Positions 49,607-60,436 are shown, counted from the stretch's first letter. The stretch is 64,000 bases of DNA from Candidatus Kapaibacterium sp. (GCA_963665665.1 OY762428.1:544001-608000), one strand, 5' to 3'. Translations and numbers: made by a program. Notes: generated by a model from the sequence alone, not told the origin.

Positions 49607-51661
49607 TTATTTTTTGCAGTATTTATCCAGCCACTTGAAAAATTCTGTATTCCAGATAATAAATTCCTGAGGATGAGCAATGAAATGGGTTTCATTCGGG
49701 AAAATAATTATCTTTGAATCTATTCCCTGTGCCTGTGCAGCAGTAAAAGCCTCGAGGCTCTGCGTGTATGGAACACGAAAATCATACTCACCTGTTGTTA
49801 TCAATATTGGAGTATTCCAATTCTGAACGTATTTATGAGGTGAGAATTTCTCGTACTGCTCGCGATTTTCTTTTTCCCAATAGGGGCCGCCATATTCCCA
49901 GTTGGGAAACCACAATTCCTCGGTTGAACCATACATACTTTCAAAGTTAAATACCCCACAATGAGCAATAAATGCTTTAAATCTGTTATCATGGTGGCCG
50001 GCAAGCCAGAATGCAGCATAACCTCCGGCACTTGCTCCAACGGCACAAAGCCCGTCTTTGTCAACATAAGGTTCTTTTGCCATGGCATCGGTTGCGGCAA
50101 GAATATCAGTCATTGGCATTCCACCCCAGTCTTTGCTGATAGCATCATTCCAATCCTGTCCAAAGCCGGGAAGCCCCCTGCGGTTAGGAGCCATAACAAT
50201 ATACCCCTGAGAAGCCATCATGTAGTGATTCCAACGAAAATGGAAACGTGGAGTTATTGTTGACTGCGGCCCACCCTGAAGATAAGTTATCATTGGATAT
50301 TTTTTGTTTGGATCAAAGTTCGGAGGATATAATACCCAGCAGTGAACTTTCTTACCATCCGTAGATTCTACCCATTTCTCTTCAACTTTAATTTTTTCGT
50401 ATTTTATAGTTCTTGAAAAGTTTTCTTTTGTAAGCTGTACCAGTTCGCCACCATTAATTTTCAGCCTGAAATATTCTATGGGGTGCTGAAAATCCTGGCG
50501 TCCAACAACAAGGTAATTTCCGTCAGGAGTAATTTGCATACCACCACCATAATTATAAAACCCCTTGGTCAGCATTTCGTATTTTCCGGAAAGATCAATC
50601 TTATAAACCTGGATGGTAGCATTATCTCCGGCAGTAAAATAAATATTTTTACTATCAGGCGACCAAATATAATCATAAACCCATTGATCCAGATTTTTCG
50701 TAAGATATTCAATTTTCCCCGACTGACGATTATAAAGCATAAGGCGAATTTTGTCTGATTCAAACCCTGCTCTTTCCTGGCTGGTGAATGCTATCCATTT
50801 TCCATCAGGAGAATATTGAGGGAACTTATCAAAACCAGGCATATCTTTGGTAATATTTCTGGTTTTACCGGTATTGATATCAACAAGAAAAATATCTGTA
50901 TTTGTATTCATCTCGTAGTCAGGGGTTTTCTTGCTCGTGTAGGCAATCTGGTTTGATTCAGGCGACCAGGCAATCTCCTCGGCTCCTCCGAATGGTTTTA
51001 CCGGGGTTTCATATATTTCACCGTTCATCAGATCCTTTGCCTTACCACCACCAACAGGCTGAACAAATAAATGAGAATAATACTCATCATTCCAAACACT
51101 CCAGTGCCTTATAGGAAGATCATCGTATATTCTGATCTTTGCCTGGCTATAATCCGGGTATTGCTCTGCAACAGTTTTCTTCATTTGAACATCCGATGTG
51201 TAACAAACATATTTTCCATCCGGAGATATGTGATATGTTTCAACACCATTCGGGGCGTTAGTGATCATTTTTGCGCTGCCATTGGGATATTCGCCCGTAT
51301 AAACCTGGTTGCTTCCACTGCCACTGTTCAAATAAGCAATTTTCTTTCCGTCTTTCATCCAGCTGATACTGCTTTTCCCGTTATTATCTGCCGGGATATT
51401 TTTTCTGTCCTCGCCGTCAATACCAATTGAATACACTTTCGATTTGAATTTATTTGATTTTATATCAGGTATCCTGACGCTGTAAATTAATGTTTTTCCA
51501 TCAGGAGAAAGAACTGGCGACCCGAGTCTGCTTAACGACATCAGATCCTCGGCAGTAAAAATTTTACCTTCATGCTTAGTTGTTTTGGGTATTATATCCT
51601 GTGCATTAAGTGTAATATTCAAAACAAACAGGCCCAAAAATATTATGAAAAGATTTCTCAT
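49607..51661 (-). CDS. S9 family peptidase (prolyl oligopeptidase/acylaminoacyl peptidase-like), exported
   Basis: Beta-propeller WSPD repeats; GGPQ, GASAGG nucleophile, DFRVP, ETH. Confidence 0.93.
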   Translation of the reverse strand: MRNLFIIFLGLFVLNITLNAQDIIPKTTKHEGKIFTAEDLMSLSRLGSPVLSPDGKTLIYSVRIPDIKSNKFKSKVYSIGIDGEDRKNIPADNNGKSSISWMKDGKKIAYLNSGSGSNQVYTGEYPNGSAKMITNAPNGVETYHISPDGKYVCYTSDVQMKKTVAEQYPDYSQAKIRIYDDLPIRHWSVWNDEYYSHLFVQPVGGGKAKDLMNGEIYETPVKPFGGAEEIAWSPESNQIAYTSKKTPDYEMNTNTDIFLVDINTGKTRNITKDMPGFDKFPQYSPDGKWIAFTSQERAGFESDKIRLMLYNRQSGKIEYLTKNLDQWVYDYIWSPDSKNIYFTAGDNATIQVYKIDLSGKYEMLTKGFYNYGGGMQITPDGNYLVVGRQDFQHPIEYFRLKINGGELVQLTKENFSRTIKYEKIKVEEKWVESTDGKKVHCWVLYPPNFDPNKKYPMITYLQGGPQSTITPRFHFRWNHYMMASQGYIVMAPNRRGLPGFGQDWNDAISKDWGGMPMTDILAATDAMAKEPYVDKDGLCAVGASAGGYAAFWLAGHHDNRFKAFIAHCGVFNFESMYGSTEELWFPNWEYGGPYWEKENREQYEKFSPHKYVQNWNTPILITTGEYDFRVPYTQSLEAFTAAQAQGIDSKIIIFPNETHFIAHPQEFIIWNTEFFKWLDKYCKK

Positions 51662-51844
51662 TCTTTTATCCAAAGATTTATAAAACAAATAATTACAAGT
51701 TTATGCAAAATAATCAAAATGGTTGAAAAATTTAGGAATTTTTGGATTTTACAGAAGTAAATGTAAAATCCAAAAGATTCTCCAAGCTATTATCAATTAT
51801 CGATTTTTTTCATCCAGTAAATTTTTTAATCAGCTTTTTATCAA

Positions 51845-51877
51845 ATTTATCCGATGACTTAAAGTCATCGGATAAAT
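51845..51877. repeat. Perfect 33-bp palindrome ATTTATCCGATGACTT-A-AAGTCATCGGATAAAT
   Basis: 16-bp arms; 11 nt downstream of the NRPS stop; REP-like or terminator. Confidence 0.75.
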
Positions 51878-51888
51878 AACAACATAGA

Positions 51889-54800
51889 TTAAATCTCTAC
51901 TATCATCTTCTTCAGCTTGTCAGTCTGATCATGAAGGTAATGGGAGAGACGCAAAGCAAGGTCCGGATGTTTGGTAAGCAGCGTCTTCAGTTTGTCTTTC
52001 GGCAGCTTCATTATTCTCGCGGAACTTATTACCGGCTGGGCTGTAACAGAGGATTTGTCATCCCACACAGCACCTTCACCGAAAATCTCTCCTGTACCAA
52101 TTACATTGATAGTACCGAGCCATCCCATTACCGAGTGCCTCATCTGCTCGACAGCGCCCTCACGAATAAGGTAAACATCCCTGTTCATATCATTTTCCCA
52201 AACAACTTCCTCATCGGGATCGTAATATCTTTCCATGGCAATGCCGGCTAATGATGAAATAGCCTCGTCATCCATTTCTTTGAAGAGATCAAGTGAATTC
52301 AGGAATTCTATTCTCTGCTGCAATGAATTAACCACCATATTTCTCATTTTATTTTCATCAGGTTTCTTCCATTCAAACCCGCTGAGTTCAAGAGCTTTGG
52401 CTGTTTTATCAGAAAGGATATCCATCTTTGTGGCGTTGATTTTATCGAAGTCCTCGCTCAGCCAACCCTTGTGAAGCATTATTGCCTCGATAAACGGCCT
52501 GAATCCATCTCTTTCGAAATTTGAATAAAGGAAGTGAATGAATTCTTTCAGGTCGAATGTTTCCACGTTAAGGTTCAACTTACTGCCGGATAATATGTCT
52601 GAAATATCAACCTTCATCGGATTTTCGATGTGGTAAGTACTGTTCAACAGGTTTTCCCTTCCGGAAAGAGTAAGCACGGCATTACTGACGTAATCAACAA
52701 AAGAAAAGTCGTAATAATCACCCTTTAGAACAGCACCAATATTTATAAATGCACGGAAAATGTTATAAAATGCATTGTCATCAATATTCTGCTGGTGAAC
52801 TCCTGTCTCCGAATTATAAACTATATTTCCTATACGATAAATATTGGTTTTTATCCCTTTTTCACGGGCTGCGATAACCCTTGTTTCGGCTTCGAGTTTT
52901 GTTTTAACATAATAGTTATCTACTTCCTGGCCAATATCACATTTATCCTCGGAAAATAGAACAACATCATTGCCGGGAACATGTCCGAGAGCAACTGAAA
53001 TTGTCGAAATATGGTGAAAATCTTTTTTACGTCCGTCACCGGCAAAGGCAAGAATATTATCGGTTGCTTTCACATTAGCCCGATAGAAATCTTCGTAAGC
53101 GCCGTAGTGCTTAACAATCGCAGCTGAGTGCCATACACAGTCGCATTCTTCACAAAGCCGCGAATAATTTTCATTATCCAAACCCAAACTGTCTTCGGCA
53201 ATATCTCCGCATATTACCTCCACACCTGATTCCTGAATATCAATATAATCATTGGGGAAATAGAATTTCAGTTTATTTTCCAGCCTTTGCATTGCTTTAT
53301 CATTACTGTCGCCTCGCACAATGGCAGTAATTTTAACACCTTCTTTGCGGCTTAAATCCCTTAGCAGATAAATACCGAGATAACCTGTAGCCCCTGTTAA
53401 CAGTATATGCTTATAGCCATTGTGTACAGTCAGGTCAAGGCAGGCAAGCTGGCTGACTTCTTTCTGATATTCCTCTTCCTCGGTTTTCAATTCCGGTACT
53501 GTTCTGTAATCAACATCATTGAACTTAAATTCTCTCAGTTTTTCAAGCCTGATTTTCAGGTTATCCTCAGATTCATTGATATTTTCTGCAAGTTCTTCGA
53601 TTGTCGGATATTCAAAAATGTCATTTACCCGGACGTCGAAGTCCTTCTGGAGTTTAGCCGTCAGCGCCACGGCTTTCAGGCTGTGTCCGCCAAGTGAGAA
53701 GAAATCGTCTTTGATACTTATCTTATCAAGCCCGAGAATTTCCATCCATGCGTTAGCGATCTTTTCTTCCTTTTTATTTCGGGGAGCAACAAATTCTGCC
53801 CCTGAGGAAATTTTATCACCCGGTTCGGGAAGCTGGCGACGGTCAACCTTGCCGTTTGAGGTAAGCGGAAATTCATCCATGTGGATAAAGTATGACGGAA
53901 CCATGTAGTCCGGCAGATCCTTATGGAGAAATTCCCTGAGTTCATTAACAGTGATCTCATTTTCAGATACATAATAGGCACAGAGATATTTCTCGCCGTG
54001 TGTTTCTTCTTTAGCCAGAACAACTACTTTATTTATTTCATTATGTTTCAGCAGTTTATCTTCAATTTCTCCCAGTTCAATCCTGAATCCGCGTATCTTC
54101 ACCTGGAAGTCTATCCTTCCAAGATATTCCATTTCGCCGGACGGCAGCCTTCGGGCAAGGTCGCCGCTTCGGTACATTCTTTCTTTAGGGCGGTATGGGT
54201 TGGGAATAAATCTCTCCCCGGTTAGTTCTTCACGATTCATATAGCCACGTGCAACGCCTTCACCTCCAACACAAAGCTCTCCTGCAACTCCGTAGGGGAC
54301 GATATGCTGTTCAGTATCCATTATATAGCAGGTCAGTGTTGGTATAGGAAGCCCGATATTACTGATATTATTATCAATTTCATACTGACCTATTTCTTTA
54401 TAAGTCACATGTACGGTTGTTTCAGTGATACCATACATATTAATAAGTTTTGTTTCCGGGTAGCGTTTGTGGAAATTGTTCAGCAATATCGGCTTCAGAG
54501 CCTCACCGCCAAATATTACAAAGCGAAGGCCAAGTAATTTCTCTGTAAAATGTTCCTCGGTTTCTATCAGGTTATAGAATGCCCCGGGAGTCTGATTCAG
54601 TACTGTCACTTTTTTATCTGAAAGCAATTTGATAAAATCTTCCGGGTTTTGTGCTTCTTCCTTCGGAACAACCACAAGCTTACCACCGAACAGCAGCGGC
54701 CCGTACATTTCCCAAACCGAGAAATCAAATGAGAATGAATGGAATAAAGTCCAGACATCATGCTCGTCAAAATCAAACTGAAAGCGGCTGTTTTTCAGAA

Positions 54801-57800
54801 GGCGGACAAGATTGTGATGTTCAAGCATAACTCCCTTGGGTTTGCCTGTTGATCCTGAAGTATATATGATATAAATCATATCATCCGGACAGGATATTGG
54901 TTCAAGATTTTCACATTTTTCAGAGTAAAGTGCCTGATCATAAACATCAATGATTTCACCCTCAAAATCCAGCCTTTTTCCAAGTTCACTGCTTGATAGA
55001 AGAATCTTCGTACCACTGTCCGACAACATGAAATCAATTCTTTCCGGTGGATATTCGGGAATAACCGGCAGGTAAGCCCCGCCAGCTTTGATAATAGCCA
55101 GGGCACTGAGAACCATTTCCATTGAACGTTCCAGAAAAATGGCTACAATTGTATCAGCTTTAACGCCTTTACTTCTTAGTATTTTCGCAAGGCTGTTTGC
55201 TCTGTCGTTAAGTTCGCTGTATGTCCATGATTTGTCACCCAGCTCGATTGCTGTTCTTTCAGGAAAGCGTCTTACTGTTTCCTCGAATATCTCGTGGGCA
55301 GTTTTATTCTCCGGCCATTCTGCTTCCGTGTGGTTAAATTCATATAAAAGCGCTTTAAGTTCGTGGGAATCAATCATCTTCATGCTGCCAATTCTCATTT
55401 CCGGAGCCAGGCACATTTCGTTCATTATATTTTCCAGGTGGCGACACATTCTTGCAGCTGTTTCTTCTTTAAACAGGCTCGTTCTGTAGTACAGTTTTAG
55501 GTTGAGCATTTCATTCTGCTCTGTAAAGGTAAATGAAAGATCAAACTTAGCGCTGTGATTATTGAATTCCTTAATAACTGAATTTATTCCTTCAGATTGG
55601 AATTCGTAGCCTCCCATATTCTGCAGAACAAGTATTACATCAAATAATGGATTACGCCCCGATTCCCGGTTAACATTTATCTTATCATAAATATTCTCGA
55701 TCGGATAGTTCTGGTTTTCATACACGTCAAACAGTGTTGCTTTAACTTCATTAATCAGCTGAATAAAAGTCTTGTCTTTTTCGGGGAGGGCCCTGACTGG
55801 CAAAGTATTTACGAACATTCCGATCATATCCTCGGCCTCCTCTTTCAACCTGCCGCCCGTGGGCGAACCAATAACAATATCATTCTGATTTGTATATTTT
55901 GCCATAAGAACATACAGAGCAGACATAAGTACAACGTTCAGCGTAGTGTCCTGAGCTTTGGCTATCATATTGATTTTATTTGTAAGTTCAGGCATTATAT
56001 CAATTTCAAAAATATCGCCTTCATAATCGACCGATGCCTTTCTCGGCATATCTGTAGGAAGATCGAGTGTTGGTACATCAGCAAAGGTTTTTAGCCAGAA
56101 TTCCTCCTGTTTATGTATTTCATCGGACTGAATAATTTTATCTTCCCAACTAACATAATCCTTAAAGTGCAGTTTAAGAGCTTCGGGAGTTTCAGCGTTG
56201 TAAAATGCTGAAAGGTCCTTCATAAGAATAGTTAGTGAAATCCCGTCGAAAATAATATGGTGGAAATCCATCAGCAGGCATACTTTTTCTTTGGATATTC
56301 TTAGAAGTTTGAACCTTGCAAGGGGAGCCTTCTGCAGGTTGAACGGCCTGATAAATTCCAGCATTTTATCATTTATTTCATTATCCGAACAGTCGGCGAT
56401 CAAACGTTTTATCTTTGCCTTGGGATGAACTACCTGAACCGGAGTTCCATTTTTAACCTCAAATGATGTCCTTAATGCTTCGTGCCTTTCAACTAGTTTT
56501 TCAATAGCCTCGCTCAGGCGGGAAAGGTCAACATTTCCTTCAAGAGTTAAAATGCAGGGCACATTATATGTAGTACCGATATTTTTCATTTGCTCCAGTA
56601 CGAACAGCTGCCTTTGAGCGGATGATGCAGGGTAGAAGTTCGCAGGTTCTGCCGGAGTAAGTTCAATTATTTCATGCTTATCAGTCTGGTCAATATATTC
56701 TGCGAGCTTGGCAACTGTAGTCAGGTCAAAAAGGTTTTTAAGGCTAATTCTCAGGCTGAATTTTTTTTCTATCCTTGCCTGTAGAACAACCGCTTTAAGG
56801 GAGTGTCCGCCAAGATCAAAGAAATCATCATTTTTGCCGATCTTATCAATGCCAAGAATTTTTCCGAAAATTGAAGCAATGATTTTTTCTGTTTCGGTTT
56901 CAGGCTCTATATACTCTGTTTTTGATTCTTCAATAACTTTTGGTTCCGGCAGGGCCTTCCTGTCCACTTTGCCAACCGGAGTAAGCGGAATGGAATCAAT
57001 CCTCATCAGGTACTGCGGTATCATGTAATCCGGCAGAACCTCCCTTGCAGCAGCCTTAATTTTACCGGCATCCATTTCTTGATCTGCTATATAATAAGCG
57101 CAAAGATAAACACCCCGGGTATCCTGAATATCAACAACCACGGCATCTTTGATACCTTCAATATTTTTAATGGCTGTCTCAATCTCGCCAAGTTCAATCC
57201 TGTACCCCCTAACTTTAACCTGGCGATCAATCCTGCCAAGGTATTCAATCGTTCCGTCCGGCAGCCAGCGGCAAAGATCTCCGGTCCGATACATTCTTTC
57301 GCCGGTAACAGGGTTAGTAACAAAAACGGCATCTGTTTTTTCCGGCAGGTTCAGATAGCCTCTGGCAAGCTGTGCCCCTCCGACACATAGTTCACCCGGA
57401 ACTCCAATAGGCTGTAAATTGCTGAATTTATCAAAAATATAGCAAGGCGAATTCTTCACCGGATAGCCGATTGGAATATTCTTTTTAATTTCATTAACAT
57501 AGTAATATGTTGATATAACCGTATTCTCTGTCGGGCCGTAGCCATTAATCAGATCGAAACCGGTTTTTTTATATGACCTTAATTTCTCTCCGCCTGTAAT
57601 CAGCCAACGCATACTTTTATTCTTGGTAATCTCCATAAATTGTTCGCCAAACTGGGTTATCATCACAGCGGTTGTAATCTTATTCCGGACTATATAATCC
57701 TCAGTCTCAACAATAGACTTCCTTATCTCTTCAGATAAAATATGAAGTTCAGCACCGGCAAGCAACTGAGGGAAGATTTCAATTACGGAAGCGTCGAAAC

Positions 57801-59745
57801 TAAATGCCAAAGTTTTAAGGCAGCGGTCATTTTCATCCAGTTTGCCTTCTTCAATCAGCCACTGGCACATGTTAACAAGGGAATGATTCTCAATCATTAC
57901 TCCTTTGGGTTTGCCTGTGGAGCCTGATGTATAAATAATATAAGCAAGGCTATCAGGGCCGGACTCGGATGGTATTTTTTCCACCAAAAGGTAGTTGTTT
58001 CTGTCATCCAGATCAATTACAGCTCCGTTAAAATCAATTTCTTCGTATAAATGTCTTTGTGATATTAATATAGGAGCGGCGCTGTCGTCCAGCATATATT
58101 TTTTTCTGTCCGCAGGATATGAGGGATCTATCGGAACGAAACAGCTGCCTGATTTCAGTACTGCAATAAAAGCAACAATTATTTCTACTGACCGCTCAGC
58201 AAGAATTACAACAGGAACATCCGGACCGCCTCCATGTTCAATTATCCTTGATGCCAGGGCATCGGCCTTTTTATTTAGTTCAGCGTATGTAAGCTTATCA
58301 TCTTTGAATACTACAGCAGTTCTGTCAGAGAACATCCGGGCTGTCTTAGCAAACAGATCCTGGTAGGTAAAATCATGTTCAGGCAGTTCAACCGGCTTAT
58401 TGAAATGGTTCAGTATAATTGATTTTTCATAAACAGGCAGAATATCAATATCTGACAGTGCTATTTCCGAATTTTCAATCACCTGGAAAACGATTCGGTT
58501 AAGTGTATCGATAATTTCAACGGCTTTTTTATCGTTTATCAGATCAAGGTTGTAATTGATATTGAATTCAATAGGATTAAGTTCAGGATTATTATAATCA
58601 TAGGAAATAAACGCACATAATTCGCCCGGCCCTACATAAGAATTCACACTCGTAGATGTTGTTTCATTATCCAGAGTTTCAAAATTCTGTGCCAGGCTGA
58701 TAGTTACCATTTCATCAAACTTACCATGAATATTTTCCAGGGCATCAATTATTAGGTCGTAGGACAAATTTCCATGATCCACATATTTCTTAATTTTATT
58801 ATTAACAAATTTTATCAAATCAGAAAATGGGCCGTTAATATCTGATGTGATTCTGAAAGGCAGGTAGTTAACAAACATGCCAAAAGTATCTTTGAACTCC
58901 TCGGGCCGGTTTGCTATTGGAATGCCAATTGCAATATCGTTTTTGCCGCTTATCCTTGTCAGGTAAACATACATAGCAGCAAGGTAAAGTTTAAAAGCGG
59001 ATGTATGATGCTCACGTGTAAATTCAAATATTTTTTCACTTTCCTCTTTAGAAAGGAAAATAGTTTTAAGGCCGTTGGCCTTGCTTTCCATTTTATCAAA
59101 AGGATTAACCGCAACTGGTTCGGGAAGCGTTGAAAATTCTTCAAGCCAATAATTTTTATCCTCTTCGGCCCTGTTGCTTTTCAGGTAATTACTTTCATGG
59201 CCGGCAAAATCAGTATATGATTTTGTAATATTGGGTTCAGGTGTAACTCCTGCTTCAAATATTTGAGCTAATTCTGATATACGGTCTATCATCAGTTTCA
59301 TACACCAACCATCAACAATGGTGTGGTGAATATTCAGGTAATAGCCGTTTTTTCCGTCAGGAAGCTTTAAAAGCACAAATGAAAAAAGGTCAGAATCGAA
59401 TAGTTGAATTGGCTTACGGGAAATTGATTTTACCCATTCATTCATTTTAGTATTGTTTGTTTTTTCCCGTTCTTCAGATCCGGAAAAATCGATTATTTCA
59501 AATTCTCTTTCTTCATATTCAGCAATATATTGAAATATTTTATCTTCAACTTTAGTATATCTTATTCTTATACCTACGGTTTCATAAATGAAAAAATTGA
59601 TTGCTTTGGAGATTATTTCCGGAGAATAATCTTTTTTGAACCTTACTATCCTTGGAATATTCCACAAGGCGTTTTCCGGTTCCAGCAGGTCTATAAATAG
59701 CAGCCTCATTTGCGGGTGCGAAATCGGAATCAATTCTTTTTCCAT
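51889..59745 (-). CDS. Two-module NRPS C-A-T-C-A-T-R with C-terminal cNMP-binding-like domain
   Basis: HHTIVDG and HHIIFDG (C); YTSGSTGKPKG x2 (A); LGGHSL x2 (T); TGATGYLG and YVKTK (reductase); LDLF..M...I..LA...VYLI.EG.V...GEIFGE (CAP/Crp fold). Confidence 0.93.
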   Translation of the reverse strand: MEKELIPISHPQMRLLFIDLLEPENALWNIPRIVRFKKDYSPEIISKAINFFIYETVGIRIRYTKVEDKIFQYIAEYEEREFEIIDFSGSEEREKTNNTKMNEWVKSISRKPIQLFDSDLFSFVLLKLPDGKNGYYLNIHHTIVDGWCMKLMIDRISELAQIFEAGVTPEPNITKSYTDFAGHESNYLKSNRAEEDKNYWLEEFSTLPEPVAVNPFDKMESKANGLKTIFLSKEESEKIFEFTREHHTSAFKLYLAAMYVYLTRISGKNDIAIGIPIANRPEEFKDTFGMFVNYLPFRITSDINGPFSDLIKFVNNKIKKYVDHGNLSYDLIIDALENIHGKFDEMVTISLAQNFETLDNETTSTSVNSYVGPGELCAFISYDYNNPELNPIEFNINYNLDLINDKKAVEIIDTLNRIVFQVIENSEIALSDIDILPVYEKSIILNHFNKPVELPEHDFTYQDLFAKTARMFSDRTAVVFKDDKLTYAELNKKADALASRIIEHGGGPDVPVVILAERSVEIIVAFIAVLKSGSCFVPIDPSYPADRKKYMLDDSAAPILISQRHLYEEIDFNGAVIDLDDRNNYLLVEKIPSESGPDSLAYIIYTSGSTGKPKGVMIENHSLVNMCQWLIEEGKLDENDRCLKTLAFSFDASVIEIFPQLLAGAELHILSEEIRKSIVETEDYIVRNKITTAVMITQFGEQFMEITKNKSMRWLITGGEKLRSYKKTGFDLINGYGPTENTVISTYYYVNEIKKNIPIGYPVKNSPCYIFDKFSNLQPIGVPGELCVGGAQLARGYLNLPEKTDAVFVTNPVTGERMYRTGDLCRWLPDGTIEYLGRIDRQVKVRGYRIELGEIETAIKNIEGIKDAVVVDIQDTRGVYLCAYYIADQEMDAGKIKAAAREVLPDYMIPQYLMRIDSIPLTPVGKVDRKALPEPKVIEESKTEYIEPETETEKIIASIFGKILGIDKIGKNDDFFDLGGHSLKAVVLQARIEKKFSLRISLKNLFDLTTVAKLAEYIDQTDKHEIIELTPAEPANFYPASSAQRQLFVLEQMKNIGTTYNVPCILTLEGNVDLSRLSEAIEKLVERHEALRTSFEVKNGTPVQVVHPKAKIKRLIADCSDNEINDKMLEFIRPFNLQKAPLARFKLLRISKEKVCLLMDFHHIIFDGISLTILMKDLSAFYNAETPEALKLHFKDYVSWEDKIIQSDEIHKQEEFWLKTFADVPTLDLPTDMPRKASVDYEGDIFEIDIMPELTNKINMIAKAQDTTLNVVLMSALYVLMAKYTNQNDIVIGSPTGGRLKEEAEDMIGMFVNTLPVRALPEKDKTFIQLINEVKATLFDVYENQNYPIENIYDKINVNRESGRNPLFDVILVLQNMGGYEFQSEGINSVIKEFNNHSAKFDLSFTFTEQNEMLNLKLYYRTSLFKEETAARMCRHLENIMNEMCLAPEMRIGSMKMIDSHELKALLYEFNHTEAEWPENKTAHEIFEETVRRFPERTAIELGDKSWTYSELNDRANSLAKILRSKGVKADTIVAIFLERSMEMVLSALAIIKAGGAYLPVIPEYPPERIDFMLSDSGTKILLSSSELGKRLDFEGEIIDVYDQALYSEKCENLEPISCPDDMIYIIYTSGSTGKPKGVMLEHHNLVRLLKNSRFQFDFDEHDVWTLFHSFSFDFSVWEMYGPLLFGGKLVVVPKEEAQNPEDFIKLLSDKKVTVLNQTPGAFYNLIETEEHFTEKLLGLRFVIFGGEALKPILLNNFHKRYPETKLINMYGITETTVHVTYKEIGQYEIDNNISNIGLPIPTLTCYIMDTEQHIVPYGVAGELCVGGEGVARGYMNREELTGERFIPNPYRPKERMYRSGDLARRLPSGEMEYLGRIDFQVKIRGFRIELGEIEDKLLKHNEINKVVVLAKEETHGEKYLCAYYVSENEITVNELREFLHKDLPDYMVPSYFIHMDEFPLTSNGKVDRRQLPEPGDKISSGAEFVAPRNKKEEKIANAWMEILGLDKISIKDDFFSLGGHSLKAVALTAKLQKDFDVRVNDIFEYPTIEELAENINESEDNLKIRLEKLREFKFNDVDYRTVPELKTEEEEYQKEVSQLACLDLTVHNGYKHILLTGATGYLGIYLLRDLSRKEGVKITAIVRGDSNDKAMQRLENKLKFYFPNDYIDIQESGVEVICGDIAEDSLGLDNENYSRLCEECDCVWHSAAIVKHYGAYEDFYRANVKATDNILAFAGDGRKKDFHHISTISVALGHVPGNDVVLFSEDKCDIGQEVDNYYVKTKLEAETRVIAAREKGIKTNIYRIGNIVYNSETGVHQQNIDDNAFYNIFRAFINIGAVLKGDYYDFSFVDYVSNAVLTLSGRENLLNSTYHIENPMKVDISDILSGSKLNLNVETFDLKEFIHFLYSNFERDGFRPFIEAIMLHKGWLSEDFDKINATKMDILSDKTAKALELSGFEWKKPDENKMRNMVVNSLQQRIEFLNSLDLFKEMDDEAISSLAGIAMERYYDPDEEVVWENDMNRDVYLIREGAVEQMRHSVMGWLGTINVIGTGEIFGEGAVWDDKSSVTAQPVISSARIMKLPKDKLKTLLTKHPDLALRLSHYLHDQTDKLKKMIVEI

Positions 59746-59779
59746 TTTACTACCTTTGATTTTTCAATAAATGTTTTAA

Positions 59780-60436
59780 CTATATAAAATTAATTTTTTT
59801 GCCTGGTTCACAATCATAAATACAGCTTGTCAGTTTATAATTCTCATCAAAAAAGTGCTGTCCGAATTTAAACTTTTTCCATTCTTTATTTTCAGAAATA
59901 ATTTTAAATTTTTCAAGGTCAAAATCCAGGCCCAGAACATCAATCTTAAAGCCCTTACCTAAAGCCTTAATGAAACTTTCTTTAATCGTCCATAATGTAT
60001 AAAACCTGTTAAATCTTTCTGCGTAAGTACTTGAATTTATGAAATCAATCTGTCGCCTGTTAAACACAGTTGGCGCTATCTCATCAATATCAATATCAAT
60101 AATCTCCTCAATATCAATACCACAGGGCTGATCTGAAATTATGCAGGCAATATAATCACCTGAGTGAGATATGTTAAAGTAAAAATCCGAAGGCATTGCC
60201 GGATATGGCTTCAAATCCTTATCTGTTCTTATTATAATATCTTCGAAATTAATACCGGATTTTCTTCTGATCACTTCCCGAATAAGCCAGTCACCTTTAA
60301 GTGATCTGAGACGGTCGCTATCTAACTTCTTTTTTTGAATATACTTTTTTCTCTCGAATGGCAAATAATTCAAAAGGAAGGAATAATCTTCCGATTTCTC
60401 TGATTTTTCGATATAACTTAGGTAAATCTCGTTCAA
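59780..60436 (-). CDS. Sfp-type 4'-phosphopantetheinyl transferase
   Basis: FNISHSG, GIDIE, WTIKESFIKALG.G; directly upstream of the NRPS. Confidence 0.92.
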   Translation of the reverse strand: MNEIYLSYIEKSEKSEDYSFLLNYLPFERKKYIQKKKLDSDRLRSLKGDWLIREVIRRKSGINFEDIIIRTDKDLKPYPAMPSDFYFNISHSGDYIACIISDQPCGIDIEEIIDIDIDEIAPTVFNRRQIDFINSSTYAERFNRFYTLWTIKESFIKALGKGFKIDVLGLDFDLEKFKIISENKEWKKFKFGQHFFDENYKLTSCIYDCEPGKKINFI

